A stretch of 24,970 nt of DNA, taken from NCBI GenBank assembly GCA_031364845.1, contig JANLWX010000002.1:1-24970 (forward strand), given 5' to 3'. This stretch comes from Candidatus Eiseniibacteriota bacterium. GTDB taxonomy: Bacteria; Eisenbacteria; RBG-16-71-46. The position numbers and the translations under genes are program-made. The stretch's first letter is position 1, and every line of letters starts with the position of its first letter. Under the pieces are notes generated by a model. It made no database searches, was not told the DNA's origin, and was given only the letters and a program-made list of their open reading frames with translations. Shown in pieces: positions 18,360-24,970 of this stretch.

Positions 18360-19711
18360 CAGCGCTTCTTCTTCGCTCCGGCGCTCTTGCGTTTCGCCCG
18401 GCTTGCAGTGGCGCGCGGCTTTGCCTTCGCGCGCTTCGGTTTCGGGGACGACTTCGCCTTCGCGCTCTTCGGTTTCGCGGACGACTTCGCCTTCGCACGC
18501 TTCGGTTTCGCGACGGCCTTCGCCTTCACGCGGCCCTTCGCGGGCGCTTTCGCTTTCGCGCGTGCCGCCGGCCTCGGCACCCGCACCTTCAGCGGATCCC
18601 CGATCACGACCGCCTTCACGCACAGCACCGGCGGCAGGCCGTCAGCGATCACGCTCCATGAGGCACCGCCGTCCGGCGATCCGTACACCTTGCCGCTGCG
18701 GGTACCGAAGTAGATTCCGGCGGGATTGAGGTCGTCCGCACCCATGCCGTCGCGCAGCACGGTCTCGAGTGCGTTTTCCTGCGGCAGCCCGCGCGTGAGC
18801 GGCTCCCACGACAGGCCCGCGTCGCAGGTGCGATAGACACGCAGCTTGCCCTCGGGCGTGCAGCGGAATCCGTCGGATTCGATCGGCACGATGTAGACCG
18901 TTTCGGGATCGTGCGGATGCATCGTCATCGCGAAGCCGAAATCCGAGGGCACGCCGTTCGCGATGTCCTGCCACGAATCGGCGGCGTCCTCGCTGCGATA
19001 GAGACCCCAGTGATTCTGGAGGAACAACCGCTCGGGGAACGTCGGATGCTGGACGATCTTGTGAACACACTGCCCGAATTCCGGATGCTTGTCGGGCATG
19101 AACTCGGCCCGCACTCCGACATTACGAACCTGCCAGGTCGCACCGCCGTCGTCGGTCCGGTAGACGCCGCCGGTCGAGATCGCGACGAACACGCGTCCCG
19201 GATGGACCGCGTCGGGGATCACCGTGTGCAGACACAGGCCGCCGCCGCCCGGCTGCCACTGCGGGCGATGCGGGTGGTCCCACAGGCCGCGCACCAGCGA
19301 CCACGATTCGCCGGAGTCGTTCGACTCGAACAGCGCGGCGGGCTCGACGCCGCAGTAGACCTTGCCGGGCTCGCGGCCCGGAACGATCTGCCAGATGCGC
19401 GCGAGCGCAGCACCGGCATCGTCGGGAAATCGCACGGCCATGCGCTCGCGATCCGACCACGACTTGCCCAAATCGTCGCTGGTGTAGAGCACCGGGCCGA
19501 AGTGGTCGCTCGATCCGCCCGCATACAGGCGCCGATTGCCGCCGCGCTGGTCGAGCGTGAGCGAGTAGATCGACTGTCCCGCGAAGTGCGGGCCGCCGAG
19601 TTCGAAGCGCTTGCGCGCGGCGTTCGATCGCAGCAGGAAGGCGCCTTTGGTGGTGCCGACCAGGATCATGACGTCTCCGTCACGCGGCGTGATCTGACGA
19701 GTCGCGACCAT
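18359..19711 (-). CDS. BNR/Asp-box beta-propeller protein (sialidase-like fold) with a Lys/Ala-rich C-terminal tail
   Basis: GAGGAGG RBS; LVGTTKGAF, SDDLGKSW, SNDSGESW, WQPGGGGLCLH, GQCVHK, QNHWG, PSDFGF. Confidence 0.9.
   Translation of the reverse strand: MVATRQITPRDGDVMILVGTTKGAFLLRSNAARKRFELGGPHFAGQSIYSLTLDQRGGNRRLYAGGSSDHFGPVLYTSDDLGKSWSDRERMAVRFPDDAGAALARIWQIVPGREPGKVYCGVEPAALFESNDSGESWSLVRGLWDHPHRPQWQPGGGGLCLHTVIPDAVHPGRVFVAISTGGVYRTDDGGATWQVRNVGVRAEFMPDKHPEFGQCVHKIVQHPTFPERLFLQNHWGLYRSEDAADSWQDIANGVPSDFGFAMTMHPHDPETVYIVPIESDGFRCTPEGKLRVYRTCDAGLSWEPLTRGLPQENALETVLRDGMGADDLNPAGIYFGTRSGKVYGSPDGGASWSVIADGLPPVLCVKAVVIGDPLKVRVPRPAARAKAKAPAKGRVKAKAVAKPKRAKAKSSAKPKSAKAKSSPKPKRAKAKPRATASRAKRKSAGAKKKR
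18423..18521. repeat. Three 33-bp tandem repeats encoding the 11-aa basic unit (KPKRAKAKSSA-like)
   Basis: GCCTTCGCxCxCTTCGGTTTCGxG units at a 33-nt period. Confidence 0.85.
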
Positions 19712-19795
19712 GGGGCCTCCTCAGGATGTGCGTGTCATGCGATGACCGAAGTGCAGAAGTCCGACGTTGAACGTGATGCCGCGAAGCGCGGTGTG

Positions 19796-21238
19796 CTACC
19801 AGACCATCGAGGCGACCGACACCATCGAACCGTCCTTCTCGGTCGACTTCTCGTAGCGCAACAGACGCCCCGCGCCGGGCTCGGCGCACCGCAGCATCGC
19901 GTACGTCGGCGCGAAGCCGCAGATGCGGGTCGAGTCGTCGTGCGACGCGATGGCCTTGAACCAGCCGTCGGCATCGCCGAGTGCTGCGGCCGCGATCGCG
20001 TCGCGGTCGATGGCTTCGATTTCGTTGAGCATGCGTTCGTCGAGCACAGGGTCGCCGAAGCGCGGCCCCGCGTGGGAGAAGTCCACACTCGCGAGATAGA
20101 CCGTGCGCCCGCCGCGCGCGGCCGCGGCGTCGCGCACCGCTTGGATCATGGCCTCGAACTCCGGCTGCTCGCGCGGCGTGCGGCCTTCGTCGAGCAGCGA
20201 GTGGAATCCGCCGCACAGGATCGGCACGATCGTGAAGCGCCGCTCGCCGAGCCGGCTCTTGAGGAACAGCGCCTGGAATTCGATCGAGTGCTCGTCACGA
20301 TGGGCAAGCTCCGAGCGATACGCCGAGTCGCCGAGCCGCTCCGCGACCGCGTCGACGAACGCCGTGTCGCACGACGCGCGGCCGAGCGGAGTGTCGAAGT
20401 GTTTGCGCGTGAGCGCGAACAGATCGCCCATCAACGAATGCCCGGTGCCGAACACGACGATGCGCAGCGGCTCGGCGTCGGCCGCCGCCGGATCGAGTTC
20501 GAGGAACGCGCGCGCCATCGTGGCGCCCGCGCGCCGCGGATCGAGATGCGGAACCATGAGCGCGCGCGGAATCGCGGCCGCGCCCGCCGCCACCGCGACC
20601 GGTTCACCGTTCGCCGTTTCCTCGGTGCGCCATTGGCCGGCGGTCGCAAAGTTCTCGGCGAGGAACGTCTCGAGTTCGGCGCGATCGGCGGGATACGAGC
20701 GGCCATCGAAGGCCGACGGACGGATCTCGAGCGGATGATAGGCCTCGCGCAGCGCGCGATAGGCGGCCTCGAAGCGCGGCGAGTCGAGCATCAGCATCTG
20801 ATCGAGCTTCGCGACGAAGTCTTTCACCATGTTCGCGACGCGCAGATCCTTGCTCTCGCGCATCAACGCCGCCGTGATGTCGTTGAGCGACGTGTTGCCG
20901 TCGAACAACTGGAGCAGTCCGACCGACTCCATGCCGAGCACCGGCTGGCCGGCGACGACTCCGAGCGGATCCTGCACCAGCAGCAACTCGCGCTGGCCAT
21001 CGGAGAACGGCATCAGGATCAGCGGCCGCAGCTTGGGATACTCGGGCACATCGTCGGGCACCGATGCCACACCCGGCGGCAGGATGATTCGCGAAGCACC
21101 GCGCGCCGCACCCGCATCGGCTTCCTCGGGCGGATCCTCGGATGAACCAGACAGCACGATGCGTGGAGTGGCGGCCGGCTCGGGCTCGGACCCTGGAATG
21201 ATCAGGCGCCGGGACGAAGGTTCGTCAGGTGCGGGCAT
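19796..21238 (-). CDS. MEMO1 family / AmmeMemoRadiSam system protein B with an extra N-terminal domain
   Basis: SYP, MVPHLD, GTGH, FDTPLG, HRDEHSIEFQ, ASVDFSHAGPRFGD and ICGFAP motifs; N-terminal LLVQDPLG..FDG..LDQMLMLDSPRF domain. Confidence 0.9.
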   Translation of the reverse strand: MPAPDEPSSRRLIIPGSEPEPAATPRIVLSGSSEDPPEEADAGAARGASRIILPPGVASVPDDVPEYPKLRPLILMPFSDGQRELLLVQDPLGVVAGQPVLGMESVGLLQLFDGNTSLNDITAALMRESKDLRVANMVKDFVAKLDQMLMLDSPRFEAAYRALREAYHPLEIRPSAFDGRSYPADRAELETFLAENFATAGQWRTEETANGEPVAVAAGAAAIPRALMVPHLDPRRAGATMARAFLELDPAAADAEPLRIVVFGTGHSLMGDLFALTRKHFDTPLGRASCDTAFVDAVAERLGDSAYRSELAHRDEHSIEFQALFLKSRLGERRFTIVPILCGGFHSLLDEGRTPREQPEFEAMIQAVRDAAAARGGRTVYLASVDFSHAGPRFGDPVLDERMLNEIEAIDRDAIAAAALGDADGWFKAIASHDDSTRICGFAPTYAMLRCAEPGAGRLLRYEKSTEKDGSMVSVASMVW

Positions 21239-21359
21239 GGGGGACTCGCTGAAAGGTCCGAAGAGCGGCGTGCAGCCGCGGGGGAGAAGTCGTTCGGAGC
21301 GAGTCTAGCCGCGGAGCGCGCGGCGCCTCAAGCGCAGCGTTCGCGGCCGGTGCGCGGGG

Positions 21360-21494
21360 CACGGCAAACGGGCGGAGGAGTGACCCGCCGCCCGTTGCCG
21401 GGGAGTGAAGCCCATGTTCGGGAGACCGCCGTTATTCAGCCCCCCTTGCAGCTGCCTGGAGATGTCCCCGTGTCCAAGAACGCGGGTTCATCCA
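21360..21494 (-). ncRNA. Candidate sigma54-dependent small RNA (about 135 nt)
   Basis: Consensus -24/-12 promoter upstream, internal and terminal hairpins, no convincing ORF; the downstream gene has its own TAGACT -10 at 21307-21302. Confidence 0.4.
21362..21400. terminator. Strong hairpin (about 13-bp stem), possible 3' end of a minus-strand RNA
   Basis: CGGCA(A)ACGGGCGG ... CCGCCCGTTGCCG; no clear U-tract. Confidence 0.6.
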
Positions 21495-21504
21495 CCACAG
21501 GAAC

Positions 21505-21520
21505 AGCAACGTCGGTGCCA
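21505..21520 (-). promoter_or_regulatory. Sigma54 (-24/-12) promoter
   Basis: TGGCACCGACGTTGCT matches TGGCAC-N5-TTGCW. Confidence 0.75.
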
Positions 21521-21714
21521 GCCGAATGCCGTCCCTCAACTCTTGATTTCACACGAATGTCGTCGGATTTCAGGCTCTGCACCCCGCACGGACCCTGTGG
21601 ACCTGCACGATCGAGGACACCGCTCGTTGCACTCTGCACTCGTCCTGGCTCCGCCGGCGCAGCGAAGAGCGACGCAGCCTACGCAGCAATCAGTTCCATG
21701 GCTCCGCCGGCCGC

Positions 21715-22140
21715 TCAGTTGCCGGCGCTGAGTATCAGCGTGAGCGTGGCCGTCTTGCCAAACCCCTTGATGATATAGCCGTCGCCCGAGGACGAGTCGG
21801 CGTAGCTCGTGATTCCGGGGGTGGCGGTCGGATTCGCGGTTGCGGCGACGCGATCCTCCCAGGCGTTGTCCTTGCCGGTCGAATTGTCGAACGCATTCTT
21901 GAAGCCGGGGTTGAGCATGACGGCGACATCGTCCGCGGTGTACGAGTACACGCCGTTCGACTGGACCGAGAAGTCTTCGCACGTGATCTGGAACGTGTGC
22001 ATGTTCGACTTGGTCGCACCTTCCTTCGCGCGGTTCTGCATGCTGATGTAGTTCGGAATCGCGATGGCAGCCAGAATCCCGATGACCACGACCACGATCA
22101 TCAACTCGATCAGCGTGAACCCCGATGAGTTTCGGGACAT
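21715..22140 (-). CDS. Type IV pilin (major-pilin-like)
   Basis: Short class III signal MSRNSSG|FTLIELMIVVVVIGILAAIAIPNY; GGAG RBS; sigma54 promoter upstream. Confidence 0.9.
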   Translation of the reverse strand: MSRNSSGFTLIELMIVVVVIGILAAIAIPNYISMQNRAKEGATKSNMHTFQITCEDFSVQSNGVYSYTADDVAVMLNPGFKNAFDNSTGKDNAWEDRVAATANPTATPGITSYADSSSGDGYIIKGFGKTATLTLILSAGN

Positions 22141-22186
22141 GTTCGGCTCCAGTTCCGACGGCAGGTGCAGAGTGCCGACCCGCTCG

Positions 22187-22224
22187 GTCATGCACGACAT
22201 GACGAACCTGCAAGCCTGATGCCA
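22187..22224 (-). promoter_or_regulatory. Sigma54 promoter of pilin 1 with a palindrome over the predicted TSS
   Basis: TGGCATCAGGCTTGCA (22224-22209); GTCATG-N5-CATGAC at 22187-22203. Pilin genes are commonly RpoN/PilR-dependent. Confidence 0.8.
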
Positions 22225-22446
22225 TGGCCGCCTGGCACGGGGCTCGATGGGCATCGCGCGCGATCCGAGGGTCGTTCAATCCGCCGGTTTCGTGCAGGAA
22301 GCGTCGTCCAGAATCACCGGAGACCTCGCGGCGATGTGTACTGCAATGGCGCCGGACACGTTCGATCGAGTCGCGTGCCACTCCGTTCATGCGAAGATAG
22401 TGCGAGTTCCGCATCCCGCCGCGCGCATTCGCACGGCGGGCGCCGC

Positions 22447-22971
22447 TCACTCCCCGGTTTTCTCGTGATCGGGCTGGTCCGGCGCCCGCCGCCCGCCGCC
22501 TGAGCCACCGGAGGTCTTGCCCGTGGGACCGTCCATCTCAGTCTGATTGCCCGAGTACAGAACCAGCGTGAGCTCGGACGACCGGCCGTATCCCTTGATG
22601 TTGTAGCTGACGCCCGAAGCCGAGTCTCCGTAGCTCGTGATTCCCGGGATCGCGCTCGTGCTGCTGGACGGTCCGTTGGGGCGATCTTCCCAGGCCTTGT
22701 TCTTGCCCGTCGTTTCGTCGAACGGGTTCTTGAACTCGCCGGTGAGATGGATGCCGATCGTGTCGGCCATCGTCGGATAAGCACCGTACGACTGGACGGC
22801 ATAGTCTTCGCATGTCACCTGAAACGAGTGCATGTTCGACTTGAGCGAGCCGACTTTGGCGCGCGTCTGCATCGCGATGTAGTTCGGAATCGCGATCGCG
22901 GACAGGATTCCGATGATCACGACGACGACCAGCACTTCGATCACCGTGAATCCGTTCGAGGTTCGCGTCAT
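22447..22971 (-). CDS. Type IV pilin paralog with a charged, Gly-rich C-terminal extension
   Basis: MTRTSNG|FTVIEVLVVVVIIGILSAIAIPNY; GGAG RBS; about 60% identical to pilin 1 by manual count. Confidence 0.9.
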   Translation of the reverse strand: MTRTSNGFTVIEVLVVVVIIGILSAIAIPNYIAMQTRAKVGSLKSNMHSFQVTCEDYAVQSYGAYPTMADTIGIHLTGEFKNPFDETTGKNKAWEDRPNGPSSSTSAIPGITSYGDSASGVSYNIKGYGRSSELTLVLYSGNQTEMDGPTGKTSGGSGGGRRAPDQPDHEKTGE

Positions 22972-23071
22972 GGACAGCTCCAATGCGAGAATGGGTTCCG
23001 GACTCGGTCCCACTTATTGCGGCCAGTACATCGACACACGCAGCCGGGCGGGCGCCACAACTGCTACTGTC

Positions 23072-23099
23072 CTATCGGCGCGCAGGTGCCGACACTGGA
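23072..23099 (-). promoter_or_regulatory. Possible sigma28-like promoter upstream of pilin 2
   Basis: TCCAG-N15-GCCGATAG resembles the FliA consensus (-10 GCCGATAA). Confidence 0.35.
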
Positions 23100-23156
23100 G
23101 TGATCACAGGACGACGGCATCTCTTCGGGGCGATTTTCGCGACCGTGCAATCTGCA

Positions 23157-24056
23157 ATGTATGAAAGGTGTTCGTTGAACCCAGCCCAGGGATCCATTGC
23201 CGCACGGCCACTCGAGGCCCGCCTCGAAGGCGGCACCCAGCTCGCCGGCCGCGCGTGGCTGTGCGAAGCGCCACGCGCGGTCGTCGCGATCCTCCATGGG
23301 ATCGGCGAGCACTCGGGACGCTACGCCGCCCTCGCCGCCGACCTCGTTCGCGCGCGCTGCACCGTCGTGGCGCTCGATCTGCCGGGCCACGGTCAGTCGG
23401 CCGGGCCGCGCGGGGACATGACGTCGTGGACCGCGGTGCGCGATCAGGCGGTGTCGGCGATGTTCGCCGCACCCGGAGGATTGCCCGGCCAGCCGGAGCG
23501 CGCGCCGCGCGTGCTGCTCGGACACAGCATGGGCGGGCTCATGGCGCTCGATTACACGCTCGCCCATCCGCGCGGGCTCGTGACGACGATCGCCTCGGGC
23601 CCCGCGCTCGCGAGTGCCATGCCGCCGTGGTGGAAGCTCGCGCTCGCGAACGTCGCGCGCATGACCACTCCCTCGGCGGGATTCCCGACCGGACTCGATG
23701 CCACCGGCGAGGGCGGCGTCTCGCGCGATCCCGAAGTCATCAAATACCGGGATGCCGACCGGCTCGTGCACGACCGCATCAGCCCGCGGCTCTACTTCGA
23801 TTTCGAGGAGGCGCGCCAGCGCGTGGTGCGCGATGCGCGCCGGCTGCAGGTGCCCACGCTGCTGCTGCATGGCGAAGGCGATCGCATGGTGCATCCCGAC
23901 GGCACCCGCGCGTTCGCGGCCGCGGCACCGCAGGGCATGACCAAGCTGGTGACGTTTCCCGGCGCGTACCATGAAGTGTTCAACGATCTGGGGCGGGAGG
24001 ATGTTGTACGCGAAGTGGTCACGTGGCTCGACGTGATGTTGACCCGCCGCGGCTGA
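23157..24056 (+). CDS. Alpha/beta hydrolase (lysophospholipase / monoacylglycerol lipase family)
   Basis: HGIGEHSGRY, DLPGHGQS, GHSMGG nucleophile elbow, HGEGD, YHEVFND. Start is uncertain (ATG 23157 or TTG 23175). Confidence 0.9.
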   Translation: MYERCSLNPAQGSIAARPLEARLEGGTQLAGRAWLCEAPRAVVAILHGIGEHSGRYAALAADLVRARCTVVALDLPGHGQSAGPRGDMTSWTAVRDQAVSAMFAAPGGLPGQPERAPRVLLGHSMGGLMALDYTLAHPRGLVTTIASGPALASAMPPWWKLALANVARMTTPSAGFPTGLDATGEGGVSRDPEVIKYRDADRLVHDRISPRLYFDFEEARQRVVRDARRLQVPTLLLHGEGDRMVHPDGTRAFAAAAPQGMTKLVTFPGAYHEVFNDLGREDVVREVVTWLDVMLTRRG

Positions 24057-24092
24057 GTCTGAGAGCTCCGATTGCTGCGTTGGCTTCGTCGC

Positions 24093-24970
24093 TCAGCCGA
24101 GCAGCCTGTCGACGGCTTCACGCCATCGACCATACTCGCGTTCGCGCCAGGCGCGCGGTTGCCTGGGAATGAATACGCGGTCGATGCGCCGTGCGGCGTC
24201 GAGTTCGCGTTGTGATCGCCACAGGCCCGCGCCGAGTCCTGCGAGCAGGCCTGCGCCCATCGCCGTGGTTTCGATCACGCGCGGACGGTGGACCGGCACT
24301 CCGAGCAGGTCGGCCTGGTACTGCATGAGCAGCGCGTTCGCCGTGGCGCCGCCGTCGACCTTGAGCACCTTGACGCGCGTGCCGGCGTCGCGCGCCATCG
24401 CCTCGACCAGGTCACGGCTCTGGAACGCGAGCGATTCGAGTGCTGCGCGCGCGACGTGGGCGCGCGTCGTGCCGCGCGTGAGGCCGAAGATGGCACCGCG
24501 CACGTCGGGCCGCCAGTAGGGGGCACCGAGGCCGGTGAACGCGGGCACCATCACCACACCCGCGGAGTCCGGAACCGAACGCGCAAGCGTCTCGCTGTCG
24601 GCCGCGCGCGCGATCATGCCGAGCCCGTCGCGCAGCCATTGGATCGCCGCGCCCGCGATGAACACGCTGCCTTCGAGCGCATACGCGGGTTCTCCGGCCG
24701 GTCCGCATGCGACCGTGGTGATGAGCCCCGCGCGCGAGATCACCGGCCGCGCTCCGGTGTGGAGCAGGAGGAAGCATCCGGTGCCGTACGTGTTCTTCGA
24801 CTGCCCGGCCGCAACACAGCCCTGGCCGAACAACGCCGCCTGCTGATCGCCCGCGATGCCGGTGATCGGGATGCCATCCGGCAGTCCGCGCACGCCGCGC
24901 GTTGTGCCGAAGCGGCCGCTCGAAGGTCGGACTTCGGGCAGTACCGCGCGCGGCACGCCGAACAGTTCGA
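24093..24970 (-). CDS. glpK: Glycerol kinase, 5'-truncated
   Basis: [66 protein letters not shown]. Confidence 0.96.
   Translation of the reverse strand, partial: ELFGVPRAVLPEVRPSSGRFGTTRGVRGLPDGIPITGIAGDQQAALFGQGCVAAGQSKNTYGTGCFLLLHTGARPVISRAGLITTVACGPAGEPAYALEGSVFIAGAAIQWLRDGLGMIARAADSETLARSVPDSAGVVMVPAFTGLGAPYWRPDVRGAIFGLTRGTTRAHVARAALESLAFQSRDLVEAMARDAGTRVKVLKVDGGATANALLMQYQADLLGVPVHRPRVIETTAMGAGLLAGLGAGLWRSQRELDAARRIDRVFIPRQPRAWREREYGRWREAVDRLLG

Noticed and set aside
21646..21711. 13-bp direct repeat TGGCTCCGCCGGC and several TGCAC motifs as enhancer sites
   Set aside because: GC-rich and not matching a complete known bEBP palindrome; cannot be distinguished from chance.
21240..21714. 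6S, SRP, RNase P or tmRNA identity, or the 67-aa ORF at 21436-21639
   Set aside because: No hallmark motifs recognised; the ORF has no recognisable motif and spans the sigma54 site.

Overview
GC-rich bacterial chromosomal window. A FlgD-Ig/T9SS-like C-terminal domain and a DUF222-like HNH gene suggest an FCB-adjacent lineage such as Ca. Eisenbacteria (inference). Gene order: partial secreted beta-propeller/Ig protein, TerB, HNH nuclease, SPOR protein, EamA, P5C dehydrogenase (pruA), OPT transporter, 67-aa small protein, secreted TPR + ATLF/PPEP-like zinc peptidase, Phd/RelE toxin-antitoxin pair, ligA-mug-polX repair cluster, MoaD + BNR propeller, MEMO-like protein, two tandem type IV pilins, lysophospholipase and partial glpK. 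The best candidate for a novel system is the HNH locus (about 2400-4270). The protein ends in a RuvA-domain-III-like module. The locus carries three exact copies and one degenerate copy of an 18-bp palindrome, and a 49-bp piece of the coding sequence recurs inverted in the upstream non-coding DNA. Other highlights: an orphan sigma54 promoter plus hairpins suggesting an sRNA behind the pilins, an inverted sigma54-like pair between the pilins, a 10-bp promoter motif shared by the peptidase and OPT genes, and a probable CTG start for polX. No rRNA, tRNA or CRISPR array was seen. All calls were made by eye, without database searches.
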